A stretch of 43,472 nucleotides of DNA from an uncultured Candidatus Saccharibacteria bacterium (GTDB lineage: Bacteria; Patescibacteriota; Saccharimonadia; CAILAD01; BJGX01): contig CAYNHH010000001.1 in NCBI GenBank assembly GCA_964397085.1, positions 1 to 43,472 of the forward strand. The letters are read 5' to 3'. The number at the start of each line of letters is the position of its first letter. The stretch's first letter is position 1. A model generated the notes under the pieces. The model made no database searches. It was given only the letters and a program-made list of their open reading frames with translations, and was not told where the DNA came from. The position numbers and the translations under genes are program-made. This document shows, piece by piece, positions 15,034 through 24,048 of this stretch.

Positions 15034-15957
15034 TTATAACAGGCTCAATTGGTAAATGAGCATTTCCATAGCCACTCCAGATTCTAGCCTGCCCGTCTTC
15101 ACCTCAAAGTCTGTATCAACTATTAACTGATAAGCCTCCGCTAGCTGGCTCATATCTCTATTGCGCACCAAGTTTTGGGCCTTTGTAGCTGCATACGGGC
15201 TAATAGAGAGTTCTTTTTGCCACTCATTGCCTTGAGTTTCATTATCTTTGGCAAGCACCATTGTGCGGTACTGATACGTAATAGCACCTAGTATCATCTG
15301 ATCGGCCTCACCGGCAACTCTCAGATTCTTGTACAGTTGAGTGGCTTTTGCCACGTCTCCTCGAGTAATTGAGTCTATCATCATAAAAGCAGTCTGATGC
15401 AAATTGGGTACCACCAGCTCATCAATAGATGCAACGGTAATTTCTTGCGAGTAATTACACAGCTTGGCTATTTCTTGCTCTAATTGCCATTGATCGTTCC
15501 CTACTCTTTCTATGAGTACATTTATAGTACGGTTATCTATGCTGCCACTGTATTCTTGTACCAGCTTCTTGACCCAATTCACTAGGTCATGAGGGCTCAA
15601 CAGGTTAAAATTCTTGGCATTCTTGAGCTTTGAGAGAGTCTTAAAGTACACACTACGCTTGTCTACTTGAGTATCTATTATCACTAAATTGGTAGAGTCA
15701 GCACTGCTAGAAATGAGCTCATCGAGCTTGTCTTTTTGAAGCTTGTGCCCAGCAAGATCTTTGACTATCAGCAAACGGCTACTTACAAACATAGGTACCA
15801 CAGCCAAGGCATTGAGTAGATCGCTAAGGGTACGCTCACTCATCTCAAAGACATCCATATCTGCATCACTACCCGTCTTGCCAATATAACTCTGTTTGAT
15901 TTTGGCCACTTGTTTGGCTATTGCATAGCTATTATCACCATAGAAGTAAAATATCAT
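15034..15957 (-). CDS. holA: DNA polymerase III subunit delta
   Basis: ~307 aa from ATG 15957 (MIFYFYGDNSY...), with the length and N-terminal pattern of HolA. ATGA overlap with the mutM stop. Confidence 0.7.
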   Translation of the reverse strand: MIFYFYGDNSYAIAKQVAKIKQSYIGKTGSDADMDVFEMSERTLSDLLNALAVVPMFVSSRLLIVKDLAGHKLQKDKLDELISSSADSTNLVIIDTQVDKRSVYFKTLSKLKNAKNFNLLSPHDLVNWVKKLVQEYSGSIDNRTINVLIERVGNDQWQLEQEIAKLCNYSQEITVASIDELVVPNLHQTAFMMIDSITRGDVAKATQLYKNLRVAGEADQMILGAITYQYRTMVLAKDNETQGNEWQKELSISPYAATKAQNLVRNRDMSQLAEAYQLIVDTDFEVKTGRLESGVAMEMLIYQLSLL

Positions 15958-16841
15958 GGCTTTGCCTTCACTATCTTCTGACACTTTGGGCAAACGTGCG
16001 TGCCACGCCCGGCAACTCGTATTTTTTTGATCTCACTACCACACACCGGGCAAGTCTGTCCTTCTCGTCTAAAAACCTTGGCAAAAGTAAGATAACTGCC
16101 CTTTTTGCCCTCAGCATCTACATAATTTCTATCTGAAGAGCCACCTAGCTCTATACTCAGACTCATCACCTCACGTAGTGCCGTGTAAAGCCGCTTGAGC
16201 TTCACTATACTCACATCTTGGACTTTTGTGGCAGGGTGAATTCTAGCCGCATATAACCCTTCATCTGCGTAAATATTACCTACTCCTGCCACCACTGTCT
16301 GGTCAAGAATTGCGGCTTTGATGCTGGTTTTACTCCGTCGCTTCACTGCATCACGAAATTGTTCAAAAGTGTACGCATCACTCAGTGGTTCTGGACCCAA
16401 CTTACTCAAGAACAGATTGGAAGTATAGAGGTCTTGAGATTTTTCTAGCTTTACCCAGCCAAACTTTCGTTGGTCGTTAAAGTACAGTTTGGCGCCATTA
16501 GCAAAAGTAAGCGTAACGCGCGTAGATCGATCTGGTAGCTTACTTATAAGGCTATCGTTGGGGTGGCCTGCACCAAAATGTTGCGTGCCATTATCAAACA
16601 CTAGTTGGCCGGTCATTTTGAGATGTATAAGTAGGCTGTAGCCAGATGATAAAGGGATAATTATCACTTTACCCCGACGATTTACTGCCTCTACTTTTGC
16701 ACCAATCAACGTTGTATTGACCAGTTCTTGGCTGTTAGGAAAGCCCTTTGGCCAATCAAAAACCACGCTTTTTACTTGTAGGCCCGGTAAAAAGCGTTGC
16801 AATCCAAGTCTAACTGTCTCTACCTCTGGCAACTCTGGCAT
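15954..16841 (-). CDS. mutM: Formamidopyrimidine-DNA glycosylase
   Basis: MPELPEVETV N-terminus and a C-terminal zinc finger CPVCGSEI...CPKCQ; 295 aa. Confidence 0.9.
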   Translation of the reverse strand: MPELPEVETVRLGLQRFLPGLQVKSVVFDWPKGFPNSQELVNTTLIGAKVEAVNRRGKVIIIPLSSGYSLLIHLKMTGQLVFDNGTQHFGAGHPNDSLISKLPDRSTRVTLTFANGAKLYFNDQRKFGWVKLEKSQDLYTSNLFLSKLGPEPLSDAYTFEQFRDAVKRRSKTSIKAAILDQTVVAGVGNIYADEGLYAARIHPATKVQDVSIVKLKRLYTALREVMSLSIELGGSSDRNYVDAEGKKGSYLTFAKVFRREGQTCPVCGSEIKKIRVAGRGTHVCPKCQKIVKAKP

Positions 16842-16892
16842 AGTAGTATTATACCCGAAATAGTTAGTTAACGTCTCTTGAAGACAATCAGA

Positions 16893-16921
16893 TTGACTTT
16901 TGATGCAATTTATGCTAATAT
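16893..16921 (+). promoter_or_regulatory. Promoter cassette 1 (TTGACT-N17-TAATAT, extended -10)
   Basis: TTGACTTTTGATGCAATTTATGCTAATAT; near-identical to 20177-20205 and 25688-25716. Confidence 0.65.
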
Positions 16922-16956
16922 TTGTTAGTTCGCCCGCACATTAAAAAGGGGTAAAG

Positions 16957-17169
16957 ATGCTTTCTCTGCTCATCATCTTGATGTTGTTGCTAGTGGCATT
17001 TGCTTTCTACTTCGGATGTCACGTTGGCAGTATGTACTTGCTCTCATTATTGTTTTTTCCAGAATGGGAAAAGAAAGAGCGCCTGCAAAATTCAGTTTTC
17101 ATAGCCATAGGGGTTATAATCGGTTCAATCGTTGGGCCGACAATCATCAGAGTAATCACGGGAGGATGA
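16957..17169 (+). CDS. Small membrane protein (2 predicted TM)
   Basis: 70 aa and hydrophobic. First gene after promoter cassette 1. Confidence 0.5.
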   Translation: MLSLLIILMLLLVAFAFYFGCHVGSMYLLSLLFFPEWEKKERLQNSVFIAIGVIIGSIVGPTIIRVITGG

Positions 17170-17171
17170 GA

Positions 17172-17516
17172 ATGACCATCTTGGTCGTAGACGATGAACG
17201 CACGCTCAATCTCAAAGATGCGTGGCACGTACAGACATGCAGTGAAGCAATATATTACCTCAAAGACCACCCTACCGTGCGCGAGCTGTGGCTTGATCAC
17301 GACCTAGGACCAGACGAAGACATCATGCGTCTGGTTGATTGGCTTCAAGAAGAAGCCTTCTTTGAGCGTGGATGTGAGTTTGACCGTATTGTGGTGCACT
17401 CTATGAACCCGGTTGCTTTCGACAAGATCAACCGTGCCTTGAGTCGCTACTACCCGGTGCATCGCGTCAATGTGACACCGTTTATCGAAACCGTAGAATC
17501 TACCCAAGGGAGATAA
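17172..17516 (+). CDS. Stand-alone receiver-like domain resembling the cyclic-phosphate processing receiver (cREC) family
   Basis: ILVVDDERTL...AWHV.T..EAI.YL......ELWLDHDLG...I..LV.WL....VHSMNPVA follows the DDER/LDHDLG/HS.NP pattern recalled for that family. SD GGAGGA lies upstream. Confidence 0.6.
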   Translation: MTILVVDDERTLNLKDAWHVQTCSEAIYYLKDHPTVRELWLDHDLGPDEDIMRLVDWLQEEAFFERGCEFDRIVVHSMNPVAFDKINRALSRYYPVHRVNVTPFIETVESTQGR

Positions 17517-17519
17517 ATA

Positions 17520-17741
17520 ATGCAAAAGGGATTCGACAACCTACTCAAGCTGATCTTCGGCCTGGCGGCCGGAGTGTTCGTGCTCGCAATCGTGTCGCAT
17601 ATCTTTGGTTATGTCATCTTCGTTGCTGTACTCGCGCTGTTGGTTGCCGCGCTCGCGGTGCTCGTGCGACGCAATGCTCGTTCCCGTGAGCGCATCAGAG
17701 ATCTCAACCGAGATCTCGATCGTGCTCGCCGCAATCCGTGA
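17520..17741 (+). CDS. Small membrane protein with an Arg-rich C-terminal tail
   Basis: 73 aa with two hydrophobic segments, then RRNARSRERIRDLNRDLDRARRNP. Very GC-rich (one line counted at 67%). Confidence 0.55.
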   Translation: MQKGFDNLLKLIFGLAAGVFVLAIVSHIFGYVIFVAVLALLVAALAVLVRRNARSRERIRDLNRDLDRARRNP

Positions 17742-17769
17742 CCACCCCCACTACCTATAGAAAGCAGGA

Positions 17770-18285
17770 GTGATGTATCCAAAGCTCGACACCCAGCTCT
17801 CCCCGCGTGAGCTTGTGCTAGTGCTAGATGAGTGCGAAGCGCAAGATGACGTCACGGCAGAGAGCATCGAGGGTCTCACCTCAGCACTCATCTGTGCCAA
17901 GGTGACTGCCCTGCACTGGCATGATGAGCCAGTGACAGCCACTATGGTGCAAGAGTTGATTCTTCTTCTCGGTCTACTCGTCAAGCCCAAGCACAACACC
18001 AAGGGCTGGCGACAGACCGTGGCGAGTTTTGCAGACCTCAGCTTCGCAACAGCTCCTCAGCACCTACCAAGGGCTATGGAGTCGTATTGCGAGATCTTTG
18101 CCGAGCAGCGCTTTGAAGACGCTGATGGCGCCTATATCCACTTCGAGAAAATCCGTCCTTTCGAGGACGGCAACGGCCGCGTAGGCTGGCTGTTGTGGCT
18201 CATTTACACGTTCGTTACCTCTGGTAAATGGCTCGAAGAGCTGCCACCAGAGTTTTCTGAACTTACCAAGTCTTATACTTGGTAA
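17770..18285 (+). CDS. Fic/DOC-fold protein with a degenerate active-site motif
   Basis: IHFEKIRPFEDGNGRVGWLL aligns to the Fic motif HPFx(D/E)GNGRxxR, but with His->Arg and the final Arg->Trp (nt 18154-18189). Confidence 0.65.
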   Translation: MMYPKLDTQLSPRELVLVLDECEAQDDVTAESIEGLTSALICAKVTALHWHDEPVTATMVQELILLLGLLVKPKHNTKGWRQTVASFADLSFATAPQHLPRAMESYCEIFAEQRFEDADGAYIHFEKIRPFEDGNGRVGWLLWLIYTFVTSGKWLEELPPEFSELTKSYTW

Positions 18286-18292
18286 GTTCTCA

Positions 18293-18324
18293 CCCACCCC
18301 GGGCAACTGGGGTGGGATTTTTTT
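18293..18324 (+). terminator. Rho-independent terminator (its T-tract overlaps the cca stop codon)
   Basis: CCCACCCC/GGGGTGGG 8-bp stem followed by T7. Confidence 0.75.
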
Positions 18325-19777
18325 ATTTAGCTTTAGCAATTCTCTGTTGGGCGATCTCTAGCGCTTCTTCGCGAGTAGAAATCTGTTGATTAGCATACAG
18401 CTCCTCAAGCTCTAACATAATTTTACCTACTAACGGTCCATCTGCCTTGGTAAAATCTGGTATCATTTCACAAACCACTTTGCCATCTAGCTGCAAATCA
18501 CGCTTCACGCTCGGGTACTGTTGCTCAATAGACTGACTCAAATGCTCATGCCATAGCTTAATAATAGTCGGGAATTCCGGCTTTTCTTTACTTATACTGC
18601 CATCTGGCAAAGTACGCCAGCTAGCCTCGCCATCAGCCCTATGTAGCTCAACTAAATCAGCAAATGCCGGATGATTCATCATTTTCTTCTGATTACTCAG
18701 CTTCATCTTAGGTAGTTGAGAAATATTGATATGATGCTCTATGAGCCAGAGTATCTTGTCTTTTTGCTCATTTGAAAACCGAAGCCTATTGAGTATTGGT
18801 CGCGCCAGCTCCGCACTAGTAACATCATGACCATAAAATGTAATGCGGTCACTTTCTTCATCTGGCATTTTCTGCTTGTGTGGCTTACCTATATCGTGAA
18901 GTAAGGTCGCCCAAATAAGCTCGGCACTAGCATCACGAGGTAACGCCTCCATAATGAGCAGTTGATGCTCCCATACATCACCCTCAGCATGAAACTCAGG
19001 CCCTTGCTCTACTCCCTTACCTGCCACCAGATCAGGCAATAATACGTCCAAGATGCCTAGTTCATCAAGATCTTCAATAGCTTGGCGTCGAGACCCTGCA
19101 GTCTTAAATAACGCTGTAAGCTCCCCCTGTAATCGTTCTCCAGAAATTGAGTCAATTTCACCACTTTTGACGGCTGTTTTCAGATCAAGGTGAGTTTGAG
19201 CTTCATAGGCAAAGCCAAATCGATTCTTGAACCGTACCGCTCGCAATATACGCAAAGGATCTTCATGTATCCGTTCTGCTCCATCACCTACAAAACGAAT
19301 TATTTTATTATCCAAATCATCAAGACTCTCGCCAGTATGCATAAGTTGCCAGGTAACAGGGTCTAATGCCAAAGCATTGATAGTAAAGTCTCTACGAGCC
19401 AAATCATCCTCTAACGATGCATCAAGTTCTACCTTAGTCTCTGCTCTGCCCAGATGAGCATCCACATCTTTGCGGTAGCTCGCTACTTCCATCACTACCA
19501 CCCCAATTCGTACACGTGTAACGCCATAAGCCTGTGCAGTATCATGAAACTCTGATCTATCAAAGCCGTGCATAGCCTCAATATGTTCTTGCCGGGCATT
19601 AGTGGCGAGGTCAAAATCTTTCGGTATTCTGCCAAGGAGTAAGTCACGCACCGCTCCACCAATTATGACTGCCTCATAGCCATGAGATTGTATAATTTCT
19701 CCAGCAAGTACTGCCTGTTCCCACTCTATATATGCTTCAGTTTCGGCTTTTTCTGGTCGATAAGACATTGATTCCAT
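18323..19777 (-). CDS. cca: CCA-adding tRNA nucleotidyltransferase with an HD domain
   Basis: GGAVRDLLLGR..KDFDLAT head domain, RDFTINAL, and a downstream HD region (LLHDIGK); 484 aa. Confidence 0.9.
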   Translation of the reverse strand: MESMSYRPEKAETEAYIEWEQAVLAGEIIQSHGYEAVIIGGAVRDLLLGRIPKDFDLATNARQEHIEAMHGFDRSEFHDTAQAYGVTRVRIGVVVMEVASYRKDVDAHLGRAETKVELDASLEDDLARRDFTINALALDPVTWQLMHTGESLDDLDNKIIRFVGDGAERIHEDPLRILRAVRFKNRFGFAYEAQTHLDLKTAVKSGEIDSISGERLQGELTALFKTAGSRRQAIEDLDELGILDVLLPDLVAGKGVEQGPEFHAEGDVWEHQLLIMEALPRDASAELIWATLLHDIGKPHKQKMPDEESDRITFYGHDVTSAELARPILNRLRFSNEQKDKILWLIEHHINISQLPKMKLSNQKKMMNHPAFADLVELHRADGEASWRTLPDGSISKEKPEFPTIIKLWHEHLSQSIEQQYPSVKRDLQLDGKVVCEMIPDFTKADGPLVGKIMLELEELYANQQISTREEALEIAQQRIAKAK

Positions 19778-19812
19778 ACTGAATATTATACCTTATCAAT
19801 CACTATATATCA

Positions 19813-19841
19813 TTGACATTTTGCTATTTTCAAAGTATTAT
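19813..19841 (+). promoter_or_regulatory. Sigma70 promoter for the small membrane ORF
   Basis: TTGACA-N17-TATTAT. Confidence 0.5.
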
Positions 19842-19877
19842 CACACCTGGAAATATTCCTCTCGCCTAGGGAGAAAA

Positions 19878-20090
19878 ATGATCTTTGCAACTCAAGCAGC
19901 CAGCTACACCCCAGCAAATTACCTTGTTGCTTATGCAATTATCGCGCTTGTAGCTATCCCCTGTTTCATCTGGATGCACCGCGCAGGCGTACCCATTCAC
20001 AAGATCTTGCTTTGCGCACTACTGTTCCTTATGTGCCCCATTATCAGTATCTTCTTGATGATCAAGTACACGCAAGAAAACAAAGAGTGA
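19878..20090 (+). CDS. Small membrane protein
   Basis: 70 aa from the ATG preceded by GGGAG; two hydrophobic segments. Confidence 0.45.
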   Translation: MIFATQAASYTPANYLVAYAIIALVAIPCFIWMHRAGVPIHKILLCALLFLMCPIISIFLMIKYTQENKE

Positions 20091-20114
20091 TTGAGCAAAA
20101 GTGATTGCTCTACC

Positions 20115-20149
20115 AATTGTCCCAAAGCCTCGTGTTTTGGGACAATTTT
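20115..20149 (+). terminator. Rho-independent terminator
   Basis: 12-bp stem AATTGTCCCAAA/TTTGGGACAATT followed by a T-rich tail. Confidence 0.7.
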
Positions 20150-20176
20150 ATATACCCTTGCAAATCAAGAAAGTTA

Positions 20177-20205
20177 TTGACTTTTTAGCATTTTTATGCT
20201 AATAT
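20177..20205 (+). promoter_or_regulatory. Promoter cassette 2 (TTGACT-N17-TAATAT, extended -10)
   Basis: TTGACTTTTTAGCATTTTTATGCTAATAT. Confidence 0.65.
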
Positions 20206-20251
20206 CTATCGCAGTACCTACAGTCTGCCAATCTACAGAAGGAGAGGTCAC

Positions 20252-21058
20252 ATGACCCTCACCACGCAGTTCACCGCAACCGACCTGTTCAACCTCGCCC
20301 TGAAGTTGGATGGCAAGGACATCGAGATCCCGCAAGACGGTTATCTCGGTGAGATCGCCGGGAGCAGCTTCGTGCTGCGCGTCAGTGACGTGCCCGACAA
20401 CGTCCACGCCATCAGGGTGGACAACAAGAAGGATGTTGCGCTCGCCAAGAATGTCAGCAAGGAGTCTCGGGTCTTCGCCACCAAGGTGACGATCAAGACG
20501 TCCCTCGACGGGCACTTCCACACGGAGTACCCCGAGAACGTCATGCGCATCATCGTGCTGGAAGACGGTATCGTGCAGATGCACGAGATCGCGCTGATCA
20601 GTCAGCATGGTCACTTCTTCGTCACCCACCAGGTGACGTATGAAGAGCAGATGTACCAGCTCGACGGCACGCTCAAGATCGAACGTTTCGACAGCTGGCC
20701 ACAGATGATGCGTCTGCTCAGCGAGTTCATGGATGATGTGACACCTTTGCCAAGCTACATCTACCAGGACGTGCCAGTGCCAGCCGAACTACCAGCAGGA
20801 GTTGGTGAGGTTGGCTGGTTCAACTTCGCACAAGGGTTCGGGATGATCCGTACCAACGAAGGTATGGCTCGAGTCCACTGGACGCACGTCACCCGTCCCA
20901 ACGAACGACGTGCGTACTTGAATCCAGGTGAACATGTCACCTTCGAAGCCCTCATCGACCCGCGCAACACCAAGGGTCGCGCCACGAGCTTCAAGCTCGA
21001 GGCCGTGGGTGTCGAACCGGCAAGTGATCAGACCCTGGTCTGGCTTGATCTGAAGTAG
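20252..21058 (+). CDS. Two-domain protein: unknown ~185-aa N-terminal domain fused to a C-terminal cold-shock-domain-like OB fold
   Basis: The C-terminus GEVGWFNFAQGFGMIRTNEG.ARVHWTHV...GEHVTFEAL matches the CspA pattern GxVKWFNxxKGFGFI...VFVHxS...G..V.F. SD GAAGGAGAGG. 57% GC in the first 60 nt. Confidence 0.65.
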   Translation: MTLTTQFTATDLFNLALKLDGKDIEIPQDGYLGEIAGSSFVLRVSDVPDNVHAIRVDNKKDVALAKNVSKESRVFATKVTIKTSLDGHFHTEYPENVMRIIVLEDGIVQMHEIALISQHGHFFVTHQVTYEEQMYQLDGTLKIERFDSWPQMMRLLSEFMDDVTPLPSYIYQDVPVPAELPAGVGEVGWFNFAQGFGMIRTNEGMARVHWTHVTRPNERRAYLNPGEHVTFEALIDPRNTKGRATSFKLEAVGVEPASDQTLVWLDLK

Positions 21059-21094
21059 AGCAAAAGTAGTACCGAATAGTCCCTGTCCACCCCG

Positions 21095-21118
21095 CCCCGA
21101 TCTCTCACGAGATCGGGG
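21095..21118. terminator. GC-rich hairpin between convergent genes (no U-tract)
   Basis: CCCCGATCTC-TCAC-GAGATCGGGG, 10-bp stem. Confidence 0.55.
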
Positions 21119-21137
21119 CCTTACTTTACCCAAGTTT

Positions 21138-24035
21138 TTAGTCTAGATCGCCCCAGCTAGTACCAGTCTTTATGCCTACTTCAATTGGTACTGCAAAACT
21201 ATGTACAGCTACCATCTCTGTAGATACCAGCTGAGCAACAGCCTCAGCTTGCTCTGCTTTACACTCTACGATGAGTTCATCATGTATTTGCAATATCAGC
21301 TTGGCACCATCTGGTAACTTCTTATGAATGTGTACCATTGCGAGCTTCATCATGTCTGCAGCAGTACCTTGCAAAGGCATATTTACAGCGGCACGTTCTG
21401 CAGCCGAGCGAATCATATAATTACTTGAGAGTACATCTGGGCAAGGACGTCGTCTGCCAAAGATAGTTTCAGTATAGCCTTTGTCATGGGCCATCTTCTT
21501 GATACTTGCTATGTAGTCCGCCACACCCTTACGAAGCTCGAAATACCTATCGATGAAGTCCTTTGATTGTGCGTAGTCAAACCCTGTGGCTACCGAGAGA
21601 CCATGGGTATTCATACCGTACAACACACCAAAGTTGATAGCCTTAGCAGCATACCGTTGCTCTGGTGTCACTTCATTTGGCTTGATGCCAAACATCTCTG
21701 CGCTAGTAAGTGTATGAATGTCTGCACCATCTTTAAATGCCTTGATCATTGGCTCGTCATTAGCAAGCGCAGCGGCTAGTCGTAGCTCAATCTGACTATA
21801 ATCAGCACTCACAAACACATTACCTGTGTCAGCCACAAATGCCTTACGTATCTGCTTGCCTACCTCAGTACGTACCGGAATATTCTGCAAGTTGGGGTTG
21901 GTACTACTGAGACGTCCTGTCTGAGCAATGGTCTGATTGTAGCTAGTGTGAATTTTGCCGTCTGTAGCTACCAGACGAGGCAAAGCCTCTACATATGTAC
22001 TCATTAGCTTGGTCAGCTCACGGTATTCAAACAGCTCATCAACAATAGGGTGCTTACCCTTAAGCTTTTCTAGCTCTCCAGCTGCAGTACTGACCCCAGT
22101 CTTGATCTTTTTAAGCCCTGTAGTGTCTATCTTGAGCTCATCAAAGAGTATGACCTTGAGCTGTTGAGTTGAGCTAATATTAAACTCTCTGCCTGCATGT
22201 TTCCATATCGCAGAGCGAATCTTATCAAGTCGAATAGTAAACTCTTTTTGGAGTTTTTCCAAAAACTGCACATCCAGAGTAACACCCTGCAGCTCCATAT
22301 CACCAAGTACTTCTATAAGTGGCCACTCCAGCTTTTCGGCCATTTCTGAGAGTTTTTTTGTACCTATTGGCTCAGTCTGTAATGCTTGAGCTAATTTATT
22401 GTACAATCTCCAGGCTATATCAGCATCTTCAGCCGCATATTGCGTAGCTTTCTCGATGTCAACTACATCAAAAGTCTGCTGACCCTTGCCCTTCTTACCT
22501 ATCAATTCTTCAATATCTATCATACTAATGCCCAGCTCACTGTAAGCTAGCTCACTTAGGCTTTGGGCTCTACCAATAGGATTGATCAAAAACGCCGCAA
22601 TCATCGTATCGAAGATGATCTTTTGTAGCGTTACTCCAGCACGTTTGAATATCTGGTAATCGTATTTGATATTGTGCCCAATCTTGCCAATCTTAACATC
22701 TTCTAAGACAGGTTTGAGTTGCTCTAATACATACTCGCTTGCCAACTGACCCGGAGCGAGTTTTAGGTTAAGATCTTCAAGCTCAGAGGAAATTCCAGGA
22801 AGAAGCGAGGATTGCAAGTGAGAGGTAGAATTCCTACCTTGAACGCGACCCGAAACTTCTGACGCCGAAGTTTCCTGAGATTGAAGATCGGGAGAAATCG
22901 TATGACCTACAGGTATGTAGTAAGCCACACCTTCTGCAAAACAAATCGATATCCCTACAAGTTGAGCCACCATTGTATCCACACTTGTTGTCTCGGTATC
23001 AATAGAGAAAACAGTCTGTTTCTTAAGATTTACAATTAGTTCCTGCAAACCTTTTTCGGTATTCACCAGATGATATTTAGCCTTCTTGAGGTGATCACGA
23101 TCAAGCTCAATACTCTCATCTATATCTTCAGTAGTAGTTTGATCTTCATTCTGAGAATCTTCTGTCAACATGTGCGCTGGTAGCTTACTCAAAAGGCTCT
23201 TAAACTCGAGCTCATGAAACAGGTCAAAAACCTTCTTTCTGTCATACTCATGTAGTACCGCATCTTGCAATTTAAATTCAAATTGTACATCTCTTTTGAT
23301 AGTAGACAGATCAAGGCTCAAGTAGGCGTTATCTTTGCTGGCCTCAAGTTTTTTAGCTAGTGCTGGCTTAATTACATCGAGATTGGCATACATGTTATCG
23401 AGCGTCTTGTACTCAGCCACCAACTCAGTGGCTCCTTTGTCACCTATACCTGCCACACCCGGAATATTGTCACTGGTATCACCTTTTAGAGCCTTGTATA
23501 CGATAAATTCTTCTGGAGTGACGCCATACTTGTCTACTACTGCTGCAGTGTCATAGATGAAGGTGTCAGTAAAACCTTTGCGCATGGTATATACCTCCAC
23601 ATGATCAGATACCAGCTGCAATTCATCCATGTCACCTGTCACCACCACGACATCGAGAGTTTTCTCATAGGTCTTGGTAAGTGTACCTATTACATCGTCA
23701 GCCTCAAAACCCTTTGCTTCAATCAACGGAATATTGAAGGCCGCAACCAGCTCTTTTGTAAGTGGCATTTGCGCGTACAGCTCGTCTGGCGCCTTTTTGC
23801 GCGTAGCTTTGTAATCGGTGAATTGATCGTGCCGAAACGTCTTACCAGGCGCATCCCAGGCCACTATGGCATAATCTGGCTTGAGCTCACGCAAGGCCAG
23901 TAGCATCATCATTGTAAAGCCATACACCGCATTGGTAGGAGTACCGTCTTTGGTAGTAAGATGAGGAATAGCATGAAACCCTCTATGTACTAGGGCGTGG
24001 CCATCAAAAACAACTAATTTTTTTCTTGTACTCAT
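21138..24035 (-). CDS. polA: DNA polymerase I (5'-3' exo, 3'-5' exo and polymerase domains) with a ~40-50-aa low-complexity insertion in the exonuclease domain
   Basis: 965 aa. GDTSDNIPGV (5' nuclease), SIDTETTS (ExoI), KYDY, and the polymerase motifs DYSQIELR and QIHDELIVE. Confidence 0.95.
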   Translation of the reverse strand: MSTRKKLVVFDGHALVHRGFHAIPHLTTKDGTPTNAVYGFTMMMLLALRELKPDYAIVAWDAPGKTFRHDQFTDYKATRKKAPDELYAQMPLTKELVAAFNIPLIEAKGFEADDVIGTLTKTYEKTLDVVVVTGDMDELQLVSDHVEVYTMRKGFTDTFIYDTAAVVDKYGVTPEEFIVYKALKGDTSDNIPGVAGIGDKGATELVAEYKTLDNMYANLDVIKPALAKKLEASKDNAYLSLDLSTIKRDVQFEFKLQDAVLHEYDRKKVFDLFHELEFKSLLSKLPAHMLTEDSQNEDQTTTEDIDESIELDRDHLKKAKYHLVNTEKGLQELIVNLKKQTVFSIDTETTSVDTMVAQLVGISICFAEGVAYYIPVGHTISPDLQSQETSASEVSGRVQGRNSTSHLQSSLLPGISSELEDLNLKLAPGQLASEYVLEQLKPVLEDVKIGKIGHNIKYDYQIFKRAGVTLQKIIFDTMIAAFLINPIGRAQSLSELAYSELGISMIDIEELIGKKGKGQQTFDVVDIEKATQYAAEDADIAWRLYNKLAQALQTEPIGTKKLSEMAEKLEWPLIEVLGDMELQGVTLDVQFLEKLQKEFTIRLDKIRSAIWKHAGREFNISSTQQLKVILFDELKIDTTGLKKIKTGVSTAAGELEKLKGKHPIVDELFEYRELTKLMSTYVEALPRLVATDGKIHTSYNQTIAQTGRLSSTNPNLQNIPVRTEVGKQIRKAFVADTGNVFVSADYSQIELRLAAALANDEPMIKAFKDGADIHTLTSAEMFGIKPNEVTPEQRYAAKAINFGVLYGMNTHGLSVATGFDYAQSKDFIDRYFELRKGVADYIASIKKMAHDKGYTETIFGRRRPCPDVLSSNYMIRSAAERAAVNMPLQGTAADMMKLAMVHIHKKLPDGAKLILQIHDELIVECKAEQAEAVAQLVSTEMVAVHSFAVPIEVGIKTGTSWGDLD

Positions 24036-24048
24036 ACTGTTGATTATC

